A DNA stretch of 64,000 nt from Octopus bimaculoides (taxonomy: Eukaryota), in assembly GCF_001194135.2 (NCBI RefSeq), contig NC_068996.1, positions 16,467,554 to 16,531,553 on the forward strand, in the 5' to 3' direction. Under the pieces are notes generated by a model. It was given only the letters and a program-made list of their open reading frames with translations, had not been told where the DNA came from and ran no database searches. This document shows, piece by piece, positions 12,219 through 25,138 of this stretch (its first letter is position 1; every line of letters begins with the position of its first letter). The position numbers and the translations under genes were made by a program.

Positions 12219-13232
12219 ATCAGGCAAGCTGGATAAACACAATGCCGAGCACGATAAAAACTAACATTGGTCTCTTTCTGGAGAATATTCCAACTCTTTA
12301 ACCTGGAACCAAGAAGTTCAGCTTGCTTTTTCGACAAGTTTAAATCCCACACAAGATCATTCAGATCTCCCTGGCTCAACAAATGTGATGCACTTGAAGA
12401 ACAGTTAGGGTCAAAGTTCATGTCTTCTGTTTCTTTCTCCACATCTTCATCACTTGACTCGTCAGTGTCATTTTCTTTCAAGAGACAGGTACAGGTAAGT
12501 GTTGATTGTGAAGTGCTGGTTTCGTAGCAGACTGTAAATTAGGATATTTTACAGTATGCTTGGATTTTGATGTTATACCTTGTATATTCGTCATGCAGAA
12601 GTAGCTATCTGAAGTGTGATATTTGACCTCTCTTCAAATCATAGGGATAGCAAAAGGCATGAACCATAAGGATGACAAAAGGCGTATGGCATGAATCTTT
12701 GGCCCAGAAAGTGAGAAGCCCGACAGAGGTTACACAACACACATAAGGGGGTCCATCCTGGTCACCAGCTTTACTGTCAAAATAATGCTCATAGCACTTT
12801 TTAACCAATGGCATGAAACGCCGTCTTTGTGACTTGAATGTTAAGTCAAGGCAAATATAGCAAAAGTTGTTTGCGATGTTTATTGAATGGAATATGTGAA
12901 CTTAGTGCACAACCGCGCGCCTAACAGTACTGACAAAACATCTATGACTCATCGACTCAGTGTTGCCAAGCTTCGGTATCTCATTAACTTAGCTAGACTT
13001 ATGATTTCACTAGGTTAATTCTATTCATAAACATTTCTATTAGGAGTATTTCTTGAACCGTTAGCTTCGCATTTCAACAGCTTAACTGAAATTTAGCCCA
13101 CGTAACAGGAACTGAGAGGGATATCGTGGAACAGAAACTGTGGGTGATAGAGACATTATTTTTGAATTCTGCATGCAAAAGCATAAGGTACAGGTATTCT
13201 TTTTCTTGGGAAAATTTTTTTGTTGACCAGTG
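12219..13232 (-). mobile_element. Chapaev3-like (CMC) DNA transposon 5' fragment with pseudogenised transposase
   Basis: Terminus CACTGGTCAACAAAA next to TAA. Translates NFCYICLDLTFKSQRRRFMPLVKKCYEHYF..GDQD..YVCCVTSV and SHLLSQGDLNDLVWDLNLSKKQAELLGSRLKSWNIL. The protein family is clearly recognised; the Chapaev3 name is from recall. Confidence 0.8.
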
Positions 13233-13578
13233 TAATCACCTGATGCTTATGAAGAAATATAGGAGAATGTAACAAAATATCTTCTACAAAAATCTCTCAT
13301 GTTTTGTTTTCTATGTAAATCTAAAAATGGATACGATTACAAAATTACAAGACACGAACGGAAATACTCATGGAGTTCTTAATACTGGTTATTTATCACG
13401 CGATTTAATGTTAACTTATTCTATACTAATATGCGAGCGTGGGTATATCTACGCATATATATGTACTCACATATATAATCATACATGCATCCCGCGTGCG
13501 CCCGCATACGTACTCGCTCACTCACTCACTCACATACATACACACATACATACACATACACACACACATACATACATA

Positions 13579-13771
13579 GAAAGGAGTGCTGAAAAGTTCT
13601 TGGTTTAAGGGTATCGGGAAAGATTTGGTTGGAGGCCCAATCTCCTGAGTTCTTTTACAGGGCTTAGAAAAACTGAAGGACCGGGGCGGGGTATGTTCGA
13701 TAAAATCATAATTAACTGATCCTCTGGTAGCTTCTTTTACCCAAAGCCAGCAACTTTTCAGCACTCCCTTC
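13579..13771. mobile_element. Mariner-derived MITE, 193 bp, TA TSD
   Basis: TA|GAAAGGAGTGCTGAAAAGTT ... AACTTTTCAGCACTCCCTTC|TA, with ~33 bp imperfect TIRs. Confidence 0.88.
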
Positions 13772-14309
13772 TACTAATGTGTCCTTCCTTGCTGATCATA
13801 TTGTTTACTTCCAGGTCAGCCCTGATCCAACAGACCTACGATCGAAGATGTTCCATCTTTGGCTGTCCCATCTTTTCATTCAGGCGTAGTGTATCTCGGG
13901 CTACATTATCTAATGTATAGTAGTTAGTCTTAGAACCTATAGTGGTTGTTATTGTTGTTGTTTTGTCTCATAAAGATTTTCAATCGTTAGATGTCTAATC
14001 AGAGATATTTCAATCGTGACCATCCCGTCTTAACATGCAAAATGTTTATTAAGACCACATTATCTAATATCATTTTTCTGTATTAAATATGGTGTTACAT
14101 GGAAGATATTTGGCTGCTGTTTCTTGTAAGTCAAGTAGCCATGTAGAGACGCAATCGTCAGTTTGCAGTCAACCGTGACAAGAGCGTAAGATAGAAGGGT
14201 CCTTCAAACGTTTAATAATCAGAAGTGGGTGGTGATGCGTGACAGTTTAGGAGTTTGAGTGACGGCGAGTCAGAGATATAATGACAAGTAGGAATTTTTA
14301 GGTTTATGA

Positions 14310-14590
14310 CTCGGTGGTGGTTACTATCGGTGGTGGTGAGATGGTTATGGTAACTGGTAATGGCGGTGCTGGTGGTGCTGATGCTCATGCCGGTGGTGGT
14401 GTTGGTGATGGTAGTAATAGAAGTAGTTGTGGTGGTGATAATGATTATGACGATGCTGTTGCTTGTGGTGGTGGAGCTGCTGCTACAGGGTCTGTTTGTG
14501 GTGTGGTGGTAGCCATTGTCGTTGCCATGCTAACAGTATTGCTGCTGCTGCTCCCACTGCAGCTGCTGCCGTTACTGCAGCCACTGCATC
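14310..14590. repeat. Degenerate (GGT)n/(GCT)n trinucleotide tract
   Basis: Directly visible. Confidence 0.85.
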
Positions 14591-15079
14591 CAGTGAGAAG
14601 GATGTTCATACACGCTGACCTACAAACCTCCCTCTCTGACTTTCCCAGTCTGTCCTACTACACCCAACAGGAACTTCGAAACACTTAGTTTAGAATAGGG
14701 GCAGCTGATGAAGGAAATGTTCTCTATGTGGCCTGTCTCTTTTCCTGTGTGTTCCTACCGTTGTCCGAAAAAAAGTTTGTTTTCCGTGCTTTGTTTATGT
14801 TCTGTTTTTCATTTTGTCCACGTTTTTTTTTTTTGTGACGTCCTGTACCCAGATATGCATCTATATATACATGTAGATGTAGGCGTAGGAGTGGCTTGTG
14901 AACTTAGCGGTCAGGTGAGCCCTTAAATGCAAAACAAGGTGGAAAAAATAGTACTCGAATACCAAAGGTAGACTACATTCAGTTTTCATCACAACAGTCC
15001 GTCGAAACAAACCATAAGAGACTGGGCTCAAAAGAGGATTGCCAATTTTACCCTTTATTTCTTTGCTTTATAGCGATGC

Positions 15080-15285
15080 ACAGGCAGAATCGTTAGCACA
15101 CCGGGCAAAATACTTAGTGGCATTTCGTCTGTCTTTACCTTCTAGGTTCAAATTCCGTCAAAGGTGGACTTTACCCTTTCGTCTTTGAAAGTCAATAAAA
15201 AAAAGTGCCAGCCTAGTTCGGAAGTCGGTGTTAACTTTCCCTTCCATTCAAAAATATTAAGTTTCTGCCAGAATTTGAAACCATG
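15080..15285 (+). mobile_element. Degenerate tRNA-derived SINE, family B
   Basis: ggcagaatcgttagcacaccgggcaaaatacttag...ggttcaaattccg; homologous to the copy at 59985-60189. Confidence 0.8.
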
Positions 15286-15707
15286 TATTTACTGACTCAC
15301 AGCAAACGATCATTTGGCACAGGCGTTAGATTATTGGATGAAAACTGTATTTATTCTTACGCCGTATGACCTCAGATCAAATCCTGCCGTGGTCACCTTT
15401 AACTTTTATTGTTTCGAATCAATAAAATATCACCGTTGTCACTTGGGGAGACTACGAAATCAATGCAGATAAAATCCATTAATATTAAATATTATGTAAA
15501 TTGGAAACACAGATTTACATATGTAATATATTATAGTACTTAGTTCTATTGATAACTTACTTATGCGTTAATAATGTATTGTGTAGTTTTGTATAGTATT
15601 ACAGAATACATCTATAGATATTAGTCAACAACTCTACAACTATCTTTGGATATATATAAAGTACGCGCTCTAAACCAATACCAATTGTCTGCCTGTTCCT
15701 ACATATA

Positions 15708-16118
15708 GGCGTATGCAGGATTGTGTGGTAAGGAACTTGCTTCCCAACCACATGGTTCCGGGTTCAGTCCCACTGTGTGGCACCTTGAGTAAGTGTATTC
15801 TGCTATGGCCTCGGGCTAACCAAAGCCTTGTGAGTGTTTTTGGTGGACGGAAACCGAAAGCCCGTCGTGTATATATATATATATAAACATATGTGTGTGT
15901 GTGTGTGTCTGTGTTTGTTCCCCATCACTACTTGACAACTGGTGATGGTGTGTTTACGTTCCCGTAACTTAGCTTTTCGGCAAAAGAAACCGAAAGAATA
16001 AGTACCAGGCTTTTAAAAATATAACAAGCTCTGCGGTCGATCCATTCGACTGAAAAAAAAGATCATCAAGGCGGTGCCCCAGCATGGCCGCAGTCTAATG
16101 ACTGAAACAAGTAAAAGA
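15708..16118 (+). mobile_element. Full-length SINE-A copy
   Basis: Head ggttccgggttcagtcccactg, internal TA/TG repeat, tail atgactgaaacaagtaaaaga. Confidence 0.9.
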
Positions 16119-17200
16119 CAAACGATTAATGATACAGGTTTTATTTCGAATCTCACTCATGTTGACTTTGTCTTTGACACACGGAATGCTCATATAAAAT
16201 GAACACCTGACAACGACCTACACTCCATATAATAGACTAAAACTTTTACAGTAATGCCTCAGCGTGGCCACACTCAACTACCTGAAACCAGTAAAAGAAT
16301 AAAACGTCTAAATGATCTACATGATGTAGCCCATTGTCATATCAAATGAGGTGGCCACCCAACACCAACTATACATCATTGTGTTCTTGGTTGATATCAA
16401 GTCAGTGGGCTACAACTGTAAGTAGCAGCAATAAATCTGCTAAGATCGAGACGTCTGATTCAGTTTGTGACATAGACAAGTCGTAAATATACTATAAAAC
16501 AAAATATGACCTGCTCTAGTCTTAGAACAAAATTCTGTTGCCGATTCATAGTTAGGTATCATATGGCAAAAAAGTTTGTAAGATACAGCGGGTATGAGAA
16601 GAATATCTGCCGTCAACATGTGTGTATGTGTGTGTATTTAGAGTTTTGTAAATTTTTATTGTTTCCTAGTATTGATGTAGTGGCTCCGGGGGTTAGTCGA
16701 TGGCCTGATGTCCCCTCCCCACACCTCACACCCTGACACCATCCAATTTGTTTATTGCAACTTCAGTGTTATATAGTTTTATGGTTTAGTCGGTGGAAGA
16801 GGCAGGAAGCATCCATGACCTTTTGTAGGAAAGGAAAAAAAGGAGAAGGATGTGGAAGGAGGAAGGAGGACAGTGAAGGAGGATACCTCAACAACTGGAG
16901 TGAAGTTGTATGAAATAGTGCATCAATAATGTATTAGATTATATTTTACTTAGACCCGAGATCGGGTCCGAAAACTTACTTCCTAAGGGCCGGGTAGATT
17001 TGTTAAAACAGATTCAGACTACCAAAATCCATAAGCATGAGCAGTCTAACCACTCTGTCGATTTACTTACTTTCACTTTGATTCGTTTATTCATAAACAG
17101 GGTGGGACAATTTTTTTTTTCAATACGCAACCGGGACAGGAAAAAATAACTGTTTTAACGCTCTCAAAACCATCTGTCTATCTATCTATCTGCCTGTCTT

Positions 17201-17248
<48 letters not shown>

Positions 17249-19019
17249 CCTATCAAACACACACANNNNNNNNNNGTATATATATATATATATATATATA
17301 TATAATCTGTATGTATCTACACACACGCACACACTTTATACACACAAAAACATACATCAGTGTTTCAAATATACATGTGTGTATCTGCCATGTATATTTA
17401 ATGGTGTTTATGTTTATTGACATGTTTGTTTATAAGCGTCCGTTGTTACAACTCGCTATTTTTTCTTCTCGTAAGATGTATGTGTATCTATATGAGTGTA
17501 TCTATATGTTTGTGCGTGTGTGTGTGTGTGTGTGTGGGTGTGTGTGGGCGTGCGTACACGTCACGTTAATGTCTTGGGAAAAAATGAACCTTATAACGGG
17601 TTCGTTTGTGTATCTCAGAGTGCACACATCCTGGGAAACTGAAGGAATACACGATCGTAAATAAGTTAGATGTGACCGCTGACCGCTGACCTAGGTATAT
17701 AAAACCACCACCACCACAACAACAACAACAACAAACACAATGATAACAACGGCAATGACAACTATTTGTTTCCTTAAGTGCCAATTCTCTATCACATCAT
17801 ATGACCCACCTCTTGTCTTTCCTTCGTTCCTCCTTCTTTTCTTTCCCCATCATCCTATTTTGTATGTATGTATGTGTGTGTGTATATATCCACACACTCT
17901 CTCTCTCTCTCTCTCACACACACGTACACGCTTATATATATTGCAGTCTTGGTAAATATCTTTCAAGATAATGTGGTTTGATATCAAAATACTTAAACCT
18001 TGTCTTCCGTTATCGGATTGAAAGATTTCGTAAAGCTATCAAATAACAATATGACAACAATGACTTGTAAATATGTCGTTAGAAATAGTTTTAAGGAATT
18101 ACATTTTTTTTTATTAACCCAAATAAGACTTGGTGCAACAGACCTATAATAATAATCCGGCCGTGACCATTTCTTTTATTATAAAAACAAGTGTCTCTAT
18201 GGCTTTTTTTAAATCATAAAAACAAGTGTTTCCTTGGTTTCATTCTCAAATGCTTTATATAGTTTTGGCGATACCTGAAGCAGCTCAACTATAATTAAAG
18301 ACACTCAGTTGTGACCATCCTGTCTTTTTGAATATGGTGTTTATCAGACTATATTACCCAACGTATCCTCATTTAAGGCAGCAGAATGTGATTTGAGAGA
18401 GTTTTGGCTATTGCTTCTAGCAGGTCAATTGACCGAATATAGACCCGTCATACTAAATCGTGTATCTGCTAGTATTTGCAGTTGTTGTTGTTGTTTAACT
18501 CCAGGCAGTTCTGATCCAGTGGCTACATCATCAACACAATACACCCATGACCATCCCGCATTTTCTCGAGTTGGTGGTATTTCAATGGAACTTTTATTTA
18601 ATGGGGATTAGAGTGTGATATGAGGGAGATTTCTCTAGCAGACTGAGCGACCATTTAGAACAGTATTTCTCAAACTTGTGTACCCCACACACCCATTTCG
18701 ATTTTCTAAGAAAACGTTCTCCCTACCCTAAACAGACAAAACACACACCAAATACGCTCACTGAAATTTCTGTCAAAATAAAAAAGCATAAAACTAAGTA
18801 TTTCCTTCATATCGTTCTCATAGTATTTTTTTAAAGCATTCAAACCAGAGCTCTTTTAAGAGGCAACAGGCTCGGATTACCAAATGAATAAATGTGAACG
18901 TGTAACTCGGGGTATTGGAATTATGATGTTGTCAACTATAATGTATCAATGAATTTTCTACATTTTTGCATTGAGTTCTGTAATTTATCACTTCACAGTG
19001 AATCACCATATATATATTT

Positions 19020-19614
19020 ATATAAGGGCATTACTAAGAGGGACTCTAAGGTCACGCTAAGAGGGACTCTAAGGTAAAACTACCATAATAAACACATTTT
19101 TACCGAACGCGAGGAAATGCAACTTTCAAAGCTAGCCCCCTAAAAACAGACTAAACTGTAGATCATGATTTCGTAATTATTGCAGCAATATGCGCCTTTT
19201 ACTCATAAGTACAGTATGGTCAAGACATAAAAATAAACAAAGAATCAACCTACCAGACAAACACTTCATGTATTCAGCATAGTACATAGAATTCCACTTA
19301 AACGTGTATGTTTTGTTAGAATAAATTTTACTGCGGTAGATACCATGGGAGAAGCTTTCATATAGGCTTTTGGTGGAAATTGCACGCTTGTTTATATCGC
19401 TAGCGGGGAGATAAATCCCACCAACTCCAGCTGAGACCACCAGATCAAGTGATTTCGACCTTTTTGGTTTCATCCGTGACGACCGCCAGAGATAACAGTG
19501 ACTGATCTCCCCGCTGCGATATATAGGTTTACAGTGCTAGAACTGGCGCCGGAGCCACGATTTGCCACTTAGCTTGTTAAAATAAATATATATATATATA
19601 TATATATGTGTGTG

Positions 19615-19649
<35 letters not shown>

Positions 19650-19830
19650 CAGCGATATAGGCAGTATTGGTACCAAGAGGTAATATTTATCCCCACTGAA
19701 ATGTTCGGTAGATTTATGTCTCCGCTAGCGATATAAGCAAGAGTGCATTTTGTATCAAAACCCTACATGAGAGGACCCTAATCCTTCCTTAGTTATCGAC
19801 CAAAAATACTAATACCCAATTTCGCGCCTT
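19020..19830. mobile_element. Unclassified element with nested inverted repeats and central (TA)n
   Basis: Arms 19355-19417 and 19711-19773 are reverse complements; the motif atatcgctagcggggagataaatc recurs in both orientations; TA repeats on both flanks. Boundaries approximate. Confidence 0.5.
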
Positions 19831-20005
19831 TATATATATATATAAAATTATAATTGAAATTTAGATTTTAATTTAACCTGCGTTTCGTGTATGTCCCAAG
19901 TAGTATGTTGGAAAAGCACGTTCACTGCTTATGGCAGTCATCCACGGTAATTGCACAATCGTCGCTGGATCTATGTTAGGAATTCCACAGTGAACATTGT
20001 GTATA

Positions 20006-20281
20006 GTAGAAACAATTGATACGGATGAGAGAATATATTGGAAACATACTGCACTACTCTCCCGTGGGTGGGAAACTATATATTGAATTCCAGTACACTC
20101 GGCACGTCATTTATGGAACAAGAAACCAAATTATATCACCTGAAGAGATGCTTCTGCACTGCGGGATACATTTGAATTCATCGTAAAGTTTACCACCCAC
20201 GAGGGAGCAGTGTAAGATATGTGAAAACAATCTTTCTGATAGTCTCCAGTATATTCTCTCTTTAGCATCAATTGTTTCTAC
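20006..20281. mobile_element. Foldback MITE with long inverted arms and TA flanks
   Basis: TA|GTAGAAACAATTGAT...ATCAATTGTTTCTAC|TA; inner arms (ccgtgggtgggaaact / agtttaccacccacga) also pair. Confidence 0.8.
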
Positions 20282-20296
20282 TACTACTACTACTAC

Positions 20297-20421
<125 letters not shown>

Positions 20422-20479
20422 TAAATAAAATGAAACAACAAACTAAGGCTGTGTGGTATTTATAGGACATTTATGAAGA

Positions 20480-21500
20480 GAAAGTTTGTTTTACAGATGT
20501 TTTTGGGATATTAGGGATATCCCTTCATCACGGACGATATGAGAAAGTTAACTAGAGGGAAACAGTAGAGTTCAATATAAGAAGTTATTTTGGAAAAGGA
20601 TTGGTGGATATAGGAAATATAAAGGAAAATAAGAGAATAAAAATAAAAGTAAAAATACATGTAAGATGTTACAGTTACAGTTCCATATAATTTTCTTCTT
20701 TTCCTTTTATTCTTTTTTTTTTTTTTTCTTGACGGTTGATTTGCTTTGGTTCTGATGAAGATATTGTGACGTCCATTCCCTATAATTTCAGTCAACGTAT
20801 AGATCTGTTGATAAAATTGAACCACGAACGCACCCAAATGCATATCTGAAACATGTGTAAGTCTGGCAGCGTATGATTAAGACCTGACTATGGTTCTGTT
20901 AATTTCTCTGCATCATGTGGGGTTTCGTTATATTTCCAATAACGTCATTAGACTATTTTTATTTTTGTAGTTTTCAATGTTTATAGTTTCTTAAGTATAT
21001 ATGTTGATTTAAACGCCATGCTTTTTTGTTTATTCTATAATTAAGTGTAATTTCAGTTGTTTCCAAGTAACGAGCTTGTTGGTCATTTAATTATAATAGA
21101 TTATTTAGCCTCTTTGTAGTTAGGACATGTTATTAATTATTTGCATTATCTATAGAAGTATATTTCTGCGTATATACATTTATATTTATAATTCTTTAAT
21201 TTGATTTCATTCTAATTCTCTATTTTATTGCTTAATTTTAATAAGCAATTTATTTGCTTAATATATTTTATAGTATTGAATTATATTTCATAGATATTGA
21301 TCTAAGATTGACCTTTTCCTTGTACATTTTTCGAGGAAGTCGTTTATGAGATATACTGTTCCACTAGTCTTTATTGGGCTTGATTTTAGTTTCATATCAT
21401 GTTTGTGATGTGATAACGTTGACTGAGAAACAAAGTATTTACTAGTCTATGTTCGTTGTATTCTCTGAAAGTCCGTTTTGGGATGGTTTTATTGTTTCAT
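20480..21500 (-). mobile_element. Heavily degenerate Penelope-like element (GIY-YIG remnant plus decayed hammerhead tail)
   Basis: Minus-strand RYLETTEITLNYRINKKAWRLNQH and IVRS*SY...EIIGNGRH resemble PLE endonuclease; hammerhead remnant at 20490-20535. Confidence 0.55.
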
Positions 21501-21672
21501 AAGTACAATTTTGTAAATATAACTTAATAGTACTTGTCTACTTTAGTGTTACTTGTAGTCATAAGGTGATGGATTCCCAGACAGCGTCTTTCATTCCCTC
21601 TCTCTCCCTCGCTCTCTCTCTATATCTATTGCTTTCTCCTCTCTTTTTCTTTCTCTGTCTCTTTCTCTCGCT

Positions 21673-21707
<35 letters not shown>

Positions 21708-21827
21708 TTGTTATCTATCTATATATCTATCTATCTATCTATCTTTCTCTCTCTCTCTCTCACTTGTTATTTATCTATCTATCTATCTTTCTCTTTCTTC
21801 CCCTCACTTTCCCTCACTTTATGTCTA

Positions 21828-21878
<51 letters not shown>

Positions 21879-21929
21879 NNNNNNNNNNNNNNNNNNNNNN
21901 NNNNNNNNNNNNNNNNNNNNNNNNNNNNN

Positions 21930-21995
<66 letters not shown>

Positions 21996-22074
21996 AGATA
22001 ACTCTGATCTTATTGAATATATCTCCCTAGACTATCATATACTATCAACAGTGTTACCCATCCTATGACAAACA

Positions 22075-22480
22075 CGAGGTGCATTTCAGAAGTTTTGACA
22101 CTATTTTTATGACTGTCGGAGACTATTGTAATTTTAGTATATCGTTTCAATACATCAAATAAGCTAACCTGCCAACTTTTGTTATTCCAGATTGAAGGGG
22201 ACGGTTGCAAAAAGCAATTCGAACCCATTCTACTAAACACTGCTTGCCACAGACGACTAGTTTGCAGAAAGCAGTGGAGACGTTTGGAAGCGCTCTATGC
22301 AATTAAGTTTTGTATTAAACTGGGCAAAGATTCCACAGAAGCTTATGAAATGCTCCAGATTGCTTGTGCATTAACTTGTATGAAGCGAGCATGTTTTTCA
22401 CTGGCACAAGAGATTCAAGGACGGCTAAGAGGGGATGAGGGACGATGAGAGGTGTTAGAGGTTGAGAAAATTTGCAATTT
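22075..22480 (+). mobile_element. Mariner-like element 5' fragment
   Basis: cacgaggtgcatttc TIR-like start; LEALYAIKFCIKLGKDSTEAYEMLQ...FHWHKRFKDG..RDDERC. Confidence 0.82.
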
Positions 22481-23696
22481 TCTGAATGAAAAGTGTTGTG
22501 TTTCTAAAGACAATAAGCATACAGTTTGGAAAGGCAATAAGCATACAGTTTGGAGCTGGTGTGGTAACTACATAGAATTACTCTTGAAGGGCGTAATTAA
22601 GTTGGACAAATTATTGCGTGATGGAAAAAATGAATGGGGAAGGCATATCAATGAAAAATTTGAATAAGAAAAATGAAAACAAACGCAAATAAGTTTGGTA
22701 TAAATTTTCAACTTTTATTTCAGATTTGAAGTTCTTATTAAAAATAGCGGAGGTGGACATCGTAGTTCTGACATTCATGGAAGTATGGAGTGGTGAGTAT
22801 ATGAAGGTACGTTTGCAATGTATTATGTTGTAGCTTGGAGCATCTCTTGTATATAGTTGGATATATAATTTAATCATTCAATAACATTACCATATTCAGT
22901 GGAATTTTTCATGTCTTTTCTAACTAACGAACCATTTATATTTGGGTGTGTTAATTTACCCGGATGTGTTAGTTTGAGCATTCACCCTCAAACACATTCA
23001 TATCGTTGATCGAGTAGTTAACCAGGAGAAGGCCACAGAGATCCTACAATATATCCAGTATATCTTCGTGAATGGCTTGGCAGCAACTATATCTACAAAG
23101 AGAGACATACTTGGAAGCAATTGCGGTTTACTGTTTATATTCCTTGGAGGCTCATTACGAAACCAGTGTCTGGTAAAGGATGTTGGATATCCTTGAGCAC
23201 ATAAAAAAGGACAAGCAACACAAACGCCTCGTCAGTTAGAAAACAGGTGGCAAATTCTGCAAGCCCAACATAACGGTCATCATCGAAGCTACAGAAGGAA
23301 ATATCGAATAACTGAGAATGAATAAAGCTATCTTAACTAAATAATTGAAGCACACCATTTACATCAGAAAACAAGTGCTCAATGTTAACTGGCTAGTTAA
23401 GCACTGCCAAACGACACATGTCCCATATTGTAAGCACCACATCTCTGCAAAGATGGGGATTCCATTCACACAACTCTACTTTTGCTAAGGGGTCCTAATA
23501 CCCGAAATTTTGAAATATTAGATTTCAACATGGAACATTATGTTCCATGTTTTCACACTTAAATCCAACTGGAAATGTAGTAAAAATTTTAATACATCGA
23601 TACAGGCGTGAAGAACACATGCACACTACAGGTACACACACATCTATGCATGTGTGTGGGCGTGCTTGTGTATGTGAGTATATACATATGTGTATA

Positions 23697-23811
23697 GTTC
23701 TGGGTTCAGTCCCACTACGTGGCACCTTGGACATGTGTATTCTACTATAGGCTTTGCCTACACAAAGCCTTGTGAATGGATTTGGTAGATGAAAACTGAA
23801 AGCTGCCCGTC

Positions 23812-23855
<44 letters not shown>

Positions 23856-24310
23856 NNNNNNNNNNNNNNNNNNNNNNNNNNNNNNNNNNNNNNNNNNNNN
23901 NNNNNNNNNNNNNNNNNNNNNNNNNNNNNNNNNNNNNNNNNNNNNNNNNNNNNNNNNNNNNNNNNNNNNNNNNNNNNNNNNNNNNNNNNNNNNNNNNNNN
24001 NNNNNNNNNNNNNNNNNNNNNNNNNNNNNNNNNNNNNNNNNNNNNNNNNNNNNNNNNNNNNNNNNNNNNNNNNNNNNNNNNNNNNNNNNNNNNNNNNNNN
24101 NNNNNNNNNNNNNNNNNNNNNNNNNNNNNNNNNNNNNNNNNNNNNNNNNNNNNNNNNNNNNNNNNNNNNNNNNNNNNNNNNNNNNNNNNNNNNNNNNNNN
24201 NNNNNNNNTAGACTCACAAAAAATAGGTCCTAGAGTCTATTTCTTCGACTAAAATCCTTAAAGGCGGTACTCCAACATGGCTGCAGTTAAGTGACTGAAA
24301 CAAGTAAAAG
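23697..24310 (+). mobile_element. SINE-A copy with an assembly gap in its internal microsatellite
   Basis: 5' half at 23697-23812, then (TA)n, the N gap, and the 3' tail at 24209-24310. Confidence 0.85.
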
Positions 24311-24317
24311 AAGATAC

Positions 24318-24419
<102 letters not shown>

Positions 24420-24606
24420 GAGTTACATAGGTGTACATATACGGTGTGTGTATTTGTGTGTGTGCGTGAGCATGCATGCCTTCAGGTAATGTGTACCCAG
24501 TTTTCAAACATCGATACAGGCGTCTACCCAAGTTTTACTTATGGCGTTTTGGCTGAGTTGTGATTATAGTAAAAAAGAGTAGTCCGAGGTGCCATTAATT
24601 AATCAC

Positions 24607-25099
24607 GAATTAGGATCCATATGATTGGGGAGTGAACTTTTTTAACCGCATGGCCATCGATATGTCCAATGCAGTATTTCATTTACAAACAAAACTCTAA
24701 TAAATGAAAATATAAAGAAAATCTTAATCAATTGTCCTGTAAGAATACGACTATAAACATCCAAAATAAAATGTTTTAAACACAAATAGATAAATAAAAA
24801 TAAAATAACGCCCCTATTGAATGTTTAATATTTTAAAAGCGACTACCTTCAGCTGTATTTCATTTGTAACACAATTAAATTTAGTTTTTATTTTCTTTTT
24901 TCATGATTGTATAACGACGGCGTGGCTTGGCTCTAATCACTTAAATGGTTTGGGGATTTCATTTTTTCACTACTGTTATAGAATATGTAGTAATGTGTGG
25001 CTTGGTGGTTTAATCACTTAAAAGTGTTTCTTTTAGTTGTTCCTATTTATTCAAAGAAATCATCAATGAAACATGCTGACAATAGGAAANNNNNNNNNN

Positions 25100-25138
<39 letters not shown>

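Noticed and set aside
14314-14688. Gly/Val/Leu-rich ORF, and the poly-Ser/Pro/Thr ORFs at 52602-52966
   Set aside because: Trinucleotide repeat artefacts with no splice or domain support.
14600-14880. CTGATGAAG motif in a PLE-like tail (related sequence at 4590-4720, minus strand)
   Set aside because: No stem II/GAAA geometry could be built, and family identity is only recalled.
20752-20857. Plus-strand CTGATGA-AGATAT...ATATCT-GAAACATGTG hammerhead-like match
   Set aside because: G at the cleavage position, no stem I, an ~80-nt loop, and antisense to the element; probably chance.
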